DNA from: Malacoraja senta
Taxonomy: Eukaryota
Length of the DNA: 64,000 bases
Assembly: GCA_038087875.1 (NCBI GenBank)
Contig: CM075993.1
Span: forward strand, 6,698,001-6,762,000
Direction of reading: 5' to 3'
Shown: piece by piece, positions 1 to 11,290 of the stretch
Position numbering within the stretch: position 1 is the stretch's first letter
Layout: the number at the start of each line of letters is the position of its first letter
Notes under the pieces: model-generated
What the model saw: the letters and a program-made list of their open reading frames with translations, nothing else
What the model was told of the DNA's origin: nothing
Databases searched by the model: none
Position numbers and translations under genes: made by a program

Positions 1-441
1 TGCGTGGGTTTTCTCCGAGATCTTCGGTTTCCTCCCGCGCTCCAGAGACGCACAGGTGTGTAGGTTAAGTGTTTAGGAAGGAACTGCAGATGCTGGAAAA
101 TCCCAGGTAGACAAAAATGCTGGAGAAACTCAGCGGGTGCAGCAGCATCTATGGAGCGAAGGAAATAGGCAACGTTTTGGGCCGAAACCCTACCGGGTTT
201 CGTCCCGAAACGTTGCCTATTTCCTTCAGGGTTTCGGCCCGAAACGTTGCCTATTTCCTTCGCTCCATAGATGCTGCTGCACCCGCTGAGTTTCTCCAGC
301 ATTTTTGTGTACCTGGTGTGTAGGTTAATTGATTTGGTGTGTGTAGGGTTAGCGTTCGTGTGTGGGGATTGCTGGTCGGTGCGGACTTGATGGGCCAAAG
401 GGCCTGTCTCCGCACTGTATCTCTAAACTAAACTAAACTAA
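1..441 (+). mobile_element. HE1-like V-SINE (5' part outside window; full copy at ~31979-32543) interrupted by a Penelope hairpin insertion
   Basis: V-domain tgggttttctccgaga...ggtttcctccc, 3' tail gggcc(g/a)aagggcctgt...gtatctc(taaac)n. Copy 2 shows the tRNA-derived head (tggcgcagcgg A box, ggttcgatcc B box). Confidence 0.85.
69..314. mobile_element. Inverted (fold-back) Penelope-like terminal repeat insertion with 14-bp TSD
   Basis: GGTGTGTAGGTTAA is duplicated at 55-68 and 315-328. The arms aaaatgctggagaaactcagcgggtgcagcagcatctatggagcgaagg / ccttcgctccatagatgctgctgcacccgctgagtttctccagcatttt are reverse complements. Copy 2 at 32171-32416. Confidence 0.85.
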
Positions 442-865
442 AGATGGCTTGACTATGCCCCTGGAACATGAAGGGTATCTTCATGCGCGGTTTCCAAAGG
501 CAAGTGTTAAAGAGAAGCTCGACTTCACTTCTAATGAGCTGATATCCTCCTGGCATTTGTTCTCCTTTAGATGTTGTGGTGTCGTATGTACCCGGTATGG
601 ATGACGACCTGGTTTTTGCCTCCCATTCTGGAGGTCACCTACTGTCGCTAGCAGCAGCATCAGCTGCAACAGATGTCATCATATGCAACTCCTGTCAAAC
701 AGTGCTTGCTTAATGCTTCTCTAAATAGGCGGCGAGTGACACACGCCTTACTCTCCCGCTCAACCAGAACGCTGTCCTCCATGAGGTCAGAGAGTCAGAG
801 TGCCGAGCAGCACGGAAACAGACCCATGTCCCTCTATCCATGTACCTGTCCACATATCTTCTAGA

Positions 866-1172
866 TGGCGCAGCGGTAGAGTTGCTGCCTTACAGCGCTT
901 GCAGCGCCAGAGACCCAGGTTCGATCCCGACTACGGGTCCTGTCTGTATGGAGTTTGTACGTTCTCCCCGTGACCTGCCTGGGTTTTCTCCAAGATCTTC
1001 GGTTTCATCCCACACTCCAAAGACGTACAGGTTTGTAGGTTAATTGGCTTGATATAAGTGTAAATTGTCCCTAGTGTGTGTGGGATAGTGTTAATGTGCG
1101 GGGATCGCTGGTAGGTGCGGACTCGGTGGGCCGAAGGGCCTGTTTCCACGCTGTATCTCCAAACTATACTAA
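866..1172 (+). mobile_element. HE1-like tRNA-derived V-SINE
   Basis: A box tggcgcagcgg, B box ggttcgatcc, V-domain, CR1-like 3' tail. Confidence 0.85.
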
Positions 1173-1300
1173 AAATATTGCGGTAGTTCCAGTCTCAAAT
1201 ACCTCCACTGGCAGTTCCCTCCATGTACCCACCACCCTCTGTGTGAAAAAGTTACCCCTCAGGTTCTTATTAAATCGTTCCTCTCTCATCTTAAACCTAA

Positions 1301-2073
1301 CGGGCCTGTCACACTTGGGCGACCTAACCCGCGAGTCCAGAAGAGTGTCTTCGACCTTCAAGCTCAAGGGGCACTCGCCTGGAAAGCCTCGAGCTGGATC
1401 GACCGGCCACGTTGAAACCGCGAGCTGGATCGAGCGAACCGCGAGCTGCATCTACCGCACGCACACACACACACAAGCACATCGTGAAGGTGGGGGCCAG
1501 GGAAAGCGGAGGAGCGTTGTCTGCGCGATGAAGAGGCAGGAAAACGGCTGCCACAGTAACGGTAAGTCCTTTGGAGAGCGCGGAAGGGGGGGGAGAGAAG
1601 GGGGGGGGAGAAGGGGAGGAGAAAGGGGGGGAGAAGGGGGGGAGAAGGGGGGGGGGGGAGAAGGAGTGGAGACACTTTTAAGAAGTATAATAAAGTTTAG
1701 CGGGCATTTTACCTTCCGGTAGGTCTTCCTTGGTCCTGAAAACTCCAATGAGCCAATCAAAATGCCCGGTCAGCGAAGGAGATTGCCCTCGACTGCCTGT
1801 AAGTAAATAGCGACCCCACTCCACTGCACTACGAGTTAAAAAGACCCATGCCCACCAAATTTTACTTGCGGAAAATTTTTCAATATCCGGGAAAATCTTT
1901 CCGCGACCTAGCTGAGGCCGCGTGTAGGCGGGAACTTCCCTCGAGCATGCAGGAGAGTTCCAGCGAACTCATAGGACCTCCTAGGACCACGTGTCGACCA
2001 TGCTGCGAGTTTGACGGTCGAGGACAAACTCTTCTAAACCCGCAGATTAGGTCGCCGTGGTGGGACAGGCCCT
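1301..2073. mobile_element. PIF/Harbinger-like non-autonomous element (MITE) inserted in a CR1 fragment; copy 2 at 33403-34288
   Basis: TIRs cgggcctgtcacacttgggcgacct / aggtcgccgtggtgggacaggccct, flanked by taa and caa (TWA-like 3-bp TSD). It splits the CR1 sequence ttaaaccta|gtcctctggttcttg. Confidence 0.7.
1585..1662 (+). repeat. (GGGGGGAGAA)n G-rich tandem repeat with G-quadruplex potential; expanded at ~33685-33880
   Basis: Visible directly; the offset between the two copies grows by ~113 nt across this region. Confidence 0.9.
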
Positions 2074-2247
2074 CAAGTCCTCTGGTTCTTGATTCCAATA
2101 CTCTGGGTAAAAGATTCTGCGCATTCACCCCATCTATTCTCATCATGATCTTCCCTTTATCCTGTATCTGTACACTGTGGACAGCTTGATTGTAATCAGG
2201 TATACTAAGTCTTTATGCTTTTAATGATAATAATAACGAGGGGGAGA

Positions 2248-2410
2248 TCTCTCTCTCTCCCTCTTTCTCCCTCCCCTCTCTCTCTCTCTCACCCTCCCGC
2301 CCTCTCTCCCTCCCCTCTCTCTCTCTCTCCCTCCCACCCTCTCTCCCTCCATCTCTCTCTCCCTCCATCTCTATCTCCCACCCTCCCTCTCTCTCTCCCT
2401 CTCCCCGCTT
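2248..2410 (+). repeat. CT-rich polypyrimidine microsatellite
   Basis: (CT)n/(CCCT)n run visible directly. Confidence 0.9.
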
Positions 2411-2914
2411 TCCATCTCATCAGGGCTGCCAACTCTCACGCATTGAGCGTGAGAATCACGCATTCGGCCAAATTTTCACGCACTCACGCTGATCACAAAT
2501 TTCTCACGCTCTGTTGTGAGAAATACTGTGATCAACGCAAATTTCAAAACTCATATCCACTGCATGGGCCGCGGGTGTTGGAGAGCCGGGGCTGAGGAAG
2601 TGATGGAAGGAGAAGCAGCTGCGGGGACAGATGCGGACGGAGAGCCGGGGCTGGTGAGTGTTTGCCGGGCTGGCGAGTCGTTCGCTGCAGTTCCGGCCAT
2701 GGAGCAGCCTCAGTGCAAGAGTCCCGGGCCATAGGAAGCGTTACGCCGCTGCCGTGAGAGTCTCTGTGCCGAATTGGCCCTGGTGACTGGGATGGACCAG
2801 GCTGCGGCTCGGTGCATCCTGGAGGACAACCAGGGGCTGCTGGAAGTAAGTACCAAGCACTGGGGGTGGTTGGAGAAAGCATCCTGCTTGCTTGCTAGAT
2901 TTTTACTTACTGTA

Positions 2915-3255
2915 ACTACAGGAAATATGTTCCCGATGTTGGAGGAGTTCAGAGCCAGGGGTCACAGTTTAAGAATAAAGGGTAGGACAGTTAGGACTGA
3001 GATGAGGACAAACTTTCTTCACCCAGAGAGTTGTGAATCTGTGGAATTCTCTGCCACAGAAGGCAGTGGAGGCCAATTCATTGGATGTTTTCAAGAGAGT
3101 TACATTTAGATCTTGGGGCTAGCGAAATCAAGGGATATGGGGAAAAAACAGGAAAGAGGTACTGATTTTAGATGAACAGCCATGATCATATTGAATGGCT
3201 GTGCTGGCTCGAAGGGCCGAATGGCCTATTCCTGCACCTATTTTCTATGTTTCAA
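2915..3255 (+). mobile_element. CR1 LINE 3' end (nested in the TIR element)
   Basis: Encodes GNMFPMLEEFRARGHSLRIKG (CR1 ORF2 C-terminal TRGH-type motif); 3' UTR gggccgaatggcct and ctatgttt tail. Confidence 0.85.
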
Positions 3256-3324
3256 TGCTTGAGTATATGGCAATAAAACTCGACCACTTGATTTTGAAGC
3301 ATTCATGCATGGTGGAGGTATAAT

Positions 3325-3560
3325 ATAGTCATAGAGTGATACAGTGTGAAAACAGGTCCTTCAGCCCAACTTGCCCACACCCGCCAACATGTCCCAGCTA
3401 CACTACCTGCTTTTGGTCCATATCCCTCCAAACCTGTCCTATCCATGTATCAGTCTAACTGTTTCTTAAATGTTGGGATAGTCCCAGCCTCAACTACCTC
3501 CTCTGGCAGCTTGTTCCATACACCCACCACCCTTTGTGTGGAAAAAGTTACCCCTTAAAA
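3325..3560 (-). mobile_element. CR1 LINE 3' end, second subfamily
   Basis: Reverse strand shows acacaaagggtggtgggtgtatggaacaagctgccagaggagg and the gggctgaaggacctgttt tail. Confidence 0.75.
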
Positions 3561-4769
3561 AGTTACCTCTTAAAAATACTTCAAACAAAAAACATTGAAA
3601 TCATACTTCTACAATGCACTAAAACATGATTTTAATACATCAAATTTCAAAAAGTCCCTACCCCCACTCAGTTGGTCCACTCCCTCGCCGGGTACCCCCA
3701 AGGCCGGTGATCAGTGATCGCTCAGCCTCCCCACTTTCAAAAACGCTCCGCGGCCCCCTGGTTCAGACGGAGAACACTGCCAGATGTGAGCGGGGAACTG
3801 AGGCCAGTTGACCATGATGTCTGGATCCCAATGCTCAGCGCTTCGTGTTTTGGAGTTGCCTAATGTTATTGATTTGTAATTAGCCTGATTTGTAATTAGT
3901 TGACAAAACCTTAATTTATTAATCCGGAATATCCAGGGGGGTGGGATAGTGTAATATTAAAATGATATGCAAGGTTTCAGGCTGTCTGTCACAACATACA
4001 GCCCCGATAACCCATTATTTCCTTCAGTTAAATATTGGGAAGGTAGCACTATTGTCATTTGCCACTATTGTCAACTATTATGTTTGTTTACCTCACTGAC
4101 TATTTCCAACCCCACCCCCCTAAATTCCTTTGACAGGTTGAATAGAAATGTCCCCAATCTTGTTGTTTTATTAATTGAACACGTAGATGAACATCCTCAA
4201 GCAGTGTAATCAGATGGAAACTGATTCAGATGCGATGTTTAAGAGCTTGTTCAACGAAGGGCATATTTTAAAGGAGTGACAGAGATACTCGCAGGGGAAT
4301 GTGTGAGGAGGTTATTATTTGTCTTTAGTTTTAGCTTGAACCAGGACATCTGAAGATTCAAAGTTTAATATAGTGATTGTGCTGATACTGACTCCAACCA
4401 ACCACATAATGAATATCATCCATTCTGGAAGTTTTATTTTTCTGATGCCATATAAACTTCACTTGGATTTCAATCTCTTCAATGTAAAAGTAATTGGGAA
4501 TGGGGAGCATTGGAACAAACATTTGCCCAAGGTACATATTAACGTAATATAATAATGTATGCATGTTGGTAGGTGCAATCAAAACAAAGATATTTTATCA
4601 TTGTTGTGTTATGAATACCACAGATAATATTATGTATTCTCAAGATCACATTTAATAGAATAATATTGCTTAAATATATAGTTATTGGACTTTGCATTTC
4701 GGAAAAGTCCCAGCTGAGAGGAAGATAGCAAAATACTGAAAATATTGGGGGTGAAAATGACTTCAGGAG

Positions 4770-4990
4770 AGTTTGTTAGGAAAATGAAGGAAATGGTAAC
4801 CGAATACATACAGCTGAGTGAGTATAATTTTATGGATGAGAAATTGTGTTCAACCAATTGATGACTTCTTTGACAAAGTAACTAGCATGTTAGATAACAA
4901 GGAAGCCAATGGTTGTAGCAAATTTTGTTATGCAAAATTTGGTCTGTGAAGTGCCCCAATTAAGATTACCGCATTAGATAAGCACCTATT
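4770..4990 (+). mobile_element. Highly decayed internal CR1 RT fragment
   Basis: Degenerate resemblance to the QHGF..KSCLTNLLEFF..VT..D...VD region (compare 58568-59046). Confidence 0.4.
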
Positions 4991-5731
4991 GACTTAATAG
5001 GTGCTTAACGTAATAGGTTAAGTAATAGGTTAAGTCCAGGGTGTCAGATATGGGGCTTTATGCGTGGGCCAGACATATTGTCAGTGCAGAGGGGCTAGGA
5101 GCAAGGTCAAGTGTGCTTCCAGAGTCAAGGTCTGGAATAGTACGAGGTGTGCAGTCAAAGCTGGGACAATGGGAGTGTTCAGCACCGGGAACCTAAGCAG
5201 GTAAGCAGCTATGATCAGGGTAGAATAAGGGTCAGGTGTAAGGCTGGACTCGGGGTCAGGAATGAGAGAAGGTATGCAACTGGTGTCAGGGTCAGGAGTA
5301 GTACTAGGTGTGCAGTGAGACCCAGGTTGGTCAACATGGGCCAAGTGTTTGATTATAATCTGATTTCCATACATGAATGTACTTAGATCATTCATGTGCT
5401 CCACCTGTTGACCAGAGCCTGGCTCTACTGTGGAATGTAATTAGGAATGTAATTTAGCCCAACCTTATTCATAGCTAATCCAATTTAAAGCATAAATATT
5501 GCATTCAAGTGTAAGGTAAAAGACTCGCTACAGTATGCACCAGATTGCACAATTTCAAGCTGAAAAATGCAAATGCAAAGGGAGGTTGTGGGAGGGGGAC
5601 CCTCCTCCCACACCCCCCCCCCTGCCTCAGTCGCTACGCTCCCCTGGGCTTGGTCTCTCGCAATTTCTCACTCCCAACTGTCACCCAATGTTGGCAGCCC
5701 TGATCTCATTCACCACCAAGACAGCACTCAC

Positions 5732-7325
5732 CTCGGGAAGAGTTGGGTAGTCCAGCTGCTCTGTTGACAAGGCCAAGGGTGGGTATTTTGGCGGGTACTC
5801 TTGCCCACATGGTGCCGAGGCCTCCAGGATGTCCTCGGTCTGAACCGCCACCGACGAGTATGAGACTTGGAACGCAGGCTGCGGCACTGTATTCACAGGT
5901 GAGACAGGAGATTTAAAGCCTTCTTGCGCTGCATTCCCGGGCATGTCCACCGTACAAATGCCCCCCTTTCTGGGCTTGTTATCTCCGGCATCCTCCGTCA
6001 CTTCACAAGATGGCTGCACCTTGTCGAACGTGTCCACCTTTTGCGTCTGCGAACGGGCTTGAGGTGTCCGAGCGTCCACTTCTGTCCTCGACATCTCCAT
6101 CTTTTGTAACTCATCGCTGGTCTTCATCGGTTCGCCATCGTTTCCCGACCTCACCTCCATCTGATCTGGCGCATGATCAGCAAACCCACTCGGTGGCACT
6201 TTCTGACCGTCGGGTTCGGGTTGGGGTTGGGCGTCAACCTCGATGTTCTCCTCCGAAGCCTGAGTTAATTGTCGCTGCCTGAGTGTCTCTGGTCCCGAAA
6301 TGGTTTCGAGGTACATATCCTTCATGGAGAAGTACATATCTTTGGCAGGAGATTGGGGGCTGGAGAACGTGGGCTCTTGGTCATCGGATTTGACGCCGTT
6401 TGTAAACGTTGTCACCTCAGATTGGGCTTCCTCGTGTGACTGGCGACCAAAGTCACTTTGTATCTCGGTTCTCTCGTTCTTTGGACTGGAAGGCCTCTGC
6501 CTGTGTCCCAACACCACTGATGACACCTGCTCATCAATCCCCATGTAGTCCTCGGATTGGGAGCGCTGGGGATCCCTGCGCAGGTTGCTTCTCCTCAGAG
6601 TGTCCCTGAGGTAACGAGATAAGATGCCGGAGTCGCTGCCCTGGTCGACGCCATTCAGCGCGGTCTCGTCGCCCTCGACTTTCTTCGACGACACCCCGCC
6701 TTTGTCTCCTGAAATCTTCCTCTTTTTCTTCCTCGCCGCAAACTCCTTGTCCGACGGATGAGGCGAAACGAGAGGCTCCACTTCGTAGATGCCGCTGCTG
6801 AACAAGAGGCACTTCTCCAAGTCGTCCAGCGAATCGTTAGCTGGCAGCTTCCCCTCCGTCATGGCGGCAAGCTCGGCCCCTTGGGGACCGGTGATGTAGC
6901 CGTTGTGAATCTCGGCTCTCGACGCAGTGTCTTTCTCAGTCTGCTCGACGCTCTTGCTCAACGTCGTGTCTGGGTCAGGGATGTGCACTTTGAACCCATC
7001 CTCTTTGTCCCTCCAAGAGTCGAGAGAGCCCGCTTTGGCTTCGAGCTGGGACTTGCGTTTGCGCTGGGCTCTCTCTGGACTCAACATCCTCTGGAGGTTG
7101 CGATCTTGGACATTGGCCATGGAGGCGATGTTCTCCTTGCCCCTCATCCTGGACTCCTCCAACTCGCGCCTCTTGGCGTCTGCTTTCTGCTTCAGCCTGG
7201 AGAACCACCGCTGATGGATCTTGTACTCGTTCATGGTGCCCACCTCCAGGACGCCAGAGCACGAGACGATCCCTTTGCTGTTCCTGGCCGAAGCTTGGTA
7301 AATGGCGGCATCGTCCTCCGTACAT
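5732..7325 (-). CDS. ALPK3: ALPK3 large exon (equivalent to human exon 5), copy 1
   Basis: Acceptor tgcctgcag| and donor GAG|gtgagt; 1594 nt, phase 2 to 0. Starts CTEDDAAIYQASARNSKGIVSCSGVLEVGTMNEYKIHQRWFSRLKQKA, which I recognise as ALPK3 (human ...EEDAAIYQASAQNSKGIVSCSGVLEVGTMTEYKIHQRWFAKLKRKA), then a low-complexity linker. Confidence 0.95.
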
Positions 7326-8110
7326 CTGCAGGCACAAACCGTTCTTGGTTACAAGCGACGCTACTCGAGGCTAAACCAGTCAACCTACTCAACACATTTC
7401 AATAGCAATTTGGCAACTTGGTTTTGAAAAGGATAGATGCCCAGGAAAAGGGCTTAGAAACGGAGTTATTGTCCAAAAATAACTCCATGAAAAGATCTTC
7501 AGCACAAGCTTGAAATTCCTCGAATTTCCCATCTTAAATACCTGAATGTTTTCAGATATTAAATAAAAACTAAAGACACTGCAAAGACTCAGCAGGTCAG
7601 CCAGCATCTATGGATAGAGACACAAAGTCAATGTTTCAGGTCAAGGACTGTCACACAAAGGGTTTTGAAAGATGTAGAAACAAGAAACTGCAGATGCGGT
7701 TTACAAAAACAAGACACCTTGCCTCACCTGGGGGACAGGGATGTACGGCCAATGTTGTGCCTATCCACTGCCTCCAGAACATTGCCCATGATGTGTGTTG
7801 TTGGAACAACTGAGGGACGTTGCAGGACCAGACCAGAGCAAAAGCTTTTCTTACCTGACCTTACCTTGGACAGGTAGAAACAAGGATCTGCAGGTGCTGG
7901 TTGACAAAAAAAGACGTCATATGCTGGAGTAACTCAGCGGGCCAGGCAGCATCTCTGGTAGATATGGATAGGTGACATATTGGACAGGTATATGGGTAGG
8001 AAAGGTTTAGAGGGATATGGGCCAAATGCATGGGAAGGAACTGCTGATGTAGCACCAAGCTGTAGTAAGCTCAGCGGGTCAGACAGCATCTCTGGAGAAA
8101 AGGAATAGGT

Positions 8111-8138
8111 GACGTTTCGGGTCGAGACCCTTCTTCAG
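8111..8138 (-). ncRNA. Minimal hammerhead ribozyme motif in Penelope terminal repeat; copy 2 at 40326-40353
   Basis: CUGAAGA-A-GGGU(CUCG)ACCC-GAAAC-GUC, with 5' GGU and 3' ACC able to form a short stem I. Confidence 0.7.
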
Positions 8139-8169
8139 ACCATAAAAACCAAATGCAGGCAAGTGGGTA

Positions 8170-8485
8170 ATAGACAATAGACAATAGGTGCAGGAGTAGG
8201 CTATTTGGGCCTTCGAGCCAGCACTACCATTCAATGTGATCGTGGCTGATCATCCCCAATCAGTACCCCGTTCCTGCCTTCTCCCCATATCCCCTGACTC
8301 TGCTTTTTTTTTAAAAGCCCTATCTAGCTCTCTCTTGAAAGCATCCAGAGAACCTGCCTCCACCGCCCACTGAGGCAGAGAATTCCACAGACTCACCACT
8401 CTCTGTGAGAAAAAGTGTTTCCTCGTCCCCGTTCTAAATGGCTTACTCCTTATTCTTAAACTGTGGCCCCTGGTTCTGGACTCCT
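8170..8485 (-). mobile_element. CR1 LINE 3' end with (CTATTGT)n tail
   Basis: ESRTRGHSLRIRSKPFRT...FSQRVVSLWNSLP...FKRELD in ORF 8250..8678. Confidence 0.85.
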
Positions 8486-8582
8486 TGGTGGACTTTGGGG
8501 TACCTTGGTGGGCATGGGCAAGTTGGGTGTGCTTCTGTGCTGTATGACATAGACTGTATGACTCCATGGCTCCGTCACTTAC

Positions 8583-8700
8583 TTGTACAGCTGAAGTGAG
8601 TGTTTCTTTCCGTATTGGAATATTTGATACTTGGGAAGGCCGCAATATCGGTCCATCTCCTTGTCGTCTTTGTACCATGTGATCTCCGGCGCTGGATGTC
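8583..8700 (-). CDS. ALPK3: ALPK3 Ig-domain exon (118 nt), copy 1
   Basis: ctattcctag|GACATCCA...CTGTACAA|gtaagt. Encodes (G)HPAPEITWYKDDKEMDRYCGLPKYQIFQYGKKHSLQLY(K), matching ALPK3 GYPEPEVTWYKDDTELDRYCGLPKY; phases join both neighbouring exons. Confidence 0.95.
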
Positions 8701-9104
8701 CTAGGAATAGAACATATTCAGGTCAGCCACAGGGTCATTTACATTCAAAATAAGAGATACAACATGGTTAGTCAGAAAGCCCAAAGCATCTCAGTGCTGG
8801 TGCACCCATTGTATTCATTAGTATTAATTTTAAGGAAAGACACAAAGTGGTGGAGTGACTCAGTGGGTCGGGCAGCATCTCTGGAGAAAATGGATAGGTG
8901 ATCTTTCGGGTTGGGACACTTCTTCAGACCTGGTTACTCCAGCACTTTGTGGCTTTTTATGCAGTTCCTTCATATTACGGTGATTGAAGGATGTACTGAA
9001 GGGCGATACGTGGGCAGCGGGTAGTGCCACTGTCACACAGTTCCAGTGACACTCAGGGTATTTACAATGGCTGATTATCCCACCAAGTTGCACATCCTTG
9101 AGAT

Positions 9105-9395
9105 TTTAGTTTAGTTTAGAGATACGGCATGTAAAATAGGCCTTTCGGCCCACCGAGTCCACACTGACCAGCGATCCCCGCACATTAGCAATACCCTACA
9201 TTGCACTATTTTACATTTATGCCAATTACAAACCTGTATGCCTTTGGAGTGTGGGAGGAAACCAAAGATCTCAGAGAAAACCCACGCAGGTCACGTGGAG
9301 AACGTACAAACTCCGTACAGGCAGCGCCCGTAGCGAGGATCAAACCCGTGTCTCTGGCGCTGCACGGCAGTAGCTCTGCCGCTGTGGCACCGTGA
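9105..9395 (-). mobile_element. HE1-like SINE
   Basis: Reverse-complement head, V-domain and (taaac)n tail. Confidence 0.8.
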
Positions 9396-9745
9396 TCTGG
9401 GAGGAAACGGTGGACAGCACCCCGGAGGAATCCCACGCGGTCACAAGGCGAACGTGCAAACTCCACACAGACAGCACCAGAGATCAGGATCGACCCAGAC
9501 ATAGGAGACATTGAATTTGAAAGACGACAACTCTACCAGCTGCGCCACTGAGCTGAATAATTCCCAGAGGAACAGTGATCTCAGAGGCAAGGATAAAGTG
9601 AATACCTATTGTCTTTTTCCCCCAAGCAAAGGACAGCCCAGAACTAGAGGGCACAGGTTTATGGTGAGAGGGGAAAGATTTAAAAGCCACCTGGAGAACA
9701 AATTCTTCACACAGAGGCTGGTGGATAAACAGAACGAACTGCCTG

Positions 9746-10022
9746 AGGGTGGCACAGTGGTGCAGCGGTAGAATTGCTGCCTTACAGCATCAACGACCCT
9801 GGTTCGATCCTGACTAGGGGTGCTGTCTGTAACATTGTAGACTTTCTCCGAGCGGTTTCCTCCCACATTCAAAAGAACTGCAGGTTTGTGGGTGAATTGG
9901 CTTCTGTAAACTGTCCCTAATGTATAGGATAGGACGAGTGTATGGGGAACGCTGGTCGGCACGGACTCGGTGGGCCGAAGGGCCTGTTTCCATGCTGTAT
10001 CTCTAAACTAAACTGAACTAAA
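9746..10022 (+). mobile_element. HE1-like SINE
   Basis: gggtggcacagtggtgcagcggtag head, ggttcgatcc B box, tail. Confidence 0.8.
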
Positions 10023-10651
10023 GGAATGAGTAGAGGCAACTTTTAAAGGGCATTTGGAAAGGTGCACGGACTGGAAACGTTTAGAGGGAATGTGTAGGAC
10101 GGAACACAAAGGTAGACACAAAAATCTGGAGTAACTCAGTGGGTCAGGACCTCTGGAGATAAGGAATGCTGTAGGTGACGTTTTGGATTGAGAAGTCTGA
10201 AGAAGGATCTCGACCCGAAACATCACCTATTCCCTTTCTCCAGAGAAGCCGCCTGTCCCGCTGAGTTACTCCAGCTTTTTGTGTCTATCTAAGGATTAGA
10301 AGCATATGGGCCAAATGCGGGAAGTTGGGACTAGCATAGATGGGGAATCTCAGGTGGCAAGGACAAGTTGTAAAACCCATTTCTGTTGTAAAACCCAGTC
10401 GGCGTGGACGAGAGTGGCTGAAGGACCTGTGTCCCTGGGGTAAGGCTCTATGAGGGTGGCAGACTTTGAATGTCCTTGAAGGGGAGAGGGGAAGGGCTGG
10501 AAGTGAAGGAGCAGATTTATTTTTAAACGCAGCAAGGATCTTGGAGCCTTTACAGCTCCAGACTCTACAAGCAAGGACAGAGTGTTAAGCAGCATCCAGC
10601 ATTGGTGGTATCCCTTCACAGATTGCCTCCATATTCTGGCTGGTGGTTTTC

Positions 10652-10955
10652 AGTTTAGTTTCGTTTAGTTTAGAGATGCAGCACGAAAACAGGCCCTTCG
10701 GCCCACCCAGTCCGCACCGACCAGCGATCCCCGCACATTAACACTATCCTACACACGCTAGGGACAATATTACAATCAATTAACCTACAAACCTAAACGT
10801 CTTTGGAGTGTGGGAGGAAACCGAAGATCTCGGAGAAAACCCACGCAGGTCACGGGGAGAACGTACAAACTCCGTACAGACAGCACCCGTGGTCAGGATC
10901 GAACCTGGGTCACCGGCGCTGTAAGGCAGCAGCTCTACCGCTGCGCCACCGTGCC
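10652..10955 (-). mobile_element. HE1-like SINE
   Basis: Near full-length reverse copy. Confidence 0.85.
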
Positions 10956-10986
10956 GTTATTGTCATGTGTACCGAGGTACAGTGAA

Positions 10987-11290
10987 AACATAGAAACATA
11001 GAAAATAGGTGCAGGAGTACCATTCAATATGATCATGGCTGATCATCCAACTCAGTATCCTGTACCTGCCTTCTCTCCATACCCCCTGATCCCTTTAGCC
11101 ACAAGGGCCACATCTAACTCCCTCTTAAATATAGCCAATGAACTGGCCTCAACCACCCTCTGTGGCAGAAAATTCCACAGATTCACCACTCTGTGTGTGA
11201 AAAACAATGTTCTCATCTCGGTCCTAAAAGACTTCCCCCTTATCCTCAAACTGTGACCCCTTGTTCTGGACTTCCCCAACTTCCCCATCG
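10987..11290 (-). mobile_element. CR1 LINE 3' end
   Basis: ORF 11052..11288 SRTRGHSLRIRG...HRVVNLWNFLP; (ctatgttt) tail. Confidence 0.85.

Larger units (their letters stand above)
2421..5702. mobile_element. 3.28-kb non-autonomous TIR DNA transposon with 7-bp TSD (P-like or hAT-like); copy 2 at 34636-37917
   Basis: Perfect 13-bp TIR CAGGGCTGCCAAC (2421-2433) / GTTGGCAGCCCTG (5690-5702). ATCTCAT is duplicated at 2414-2420 and 5703-5709. Subterminal TCACGC repeats at the left end. No transposase ORF. Confidence 0.8.

Noticed and set aside
481..669. Possible next ALPK3 exon (62-aa minus ORF)
   Set aside because: No convincing acceptor/donor pair and no similarity to ALPK3 that I can recognise.
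866..935. tRNA genes at SINE heads
   Set aside because: A and B boxes are present but run straight into the V-domain and LINE-derived tail; these are SINEs.
5681..7243. 520-aa ORF as a stand-alone single-exon gene
   Set aside because: It is an internal ALPK3 exon. The frame opens at the acceptor (7325), and the last 16 residues (VSAVLVVNEIRAANIG) are read-through past the GTGAGT donor into intron and transposon TIR.
6758..7405. 215-aa plus-strand ORF and other short ORFs overlapping the large exon
   Set aside because: Antisense or alternate-frame shadows of a GC-rich coding exon, with no independent features.
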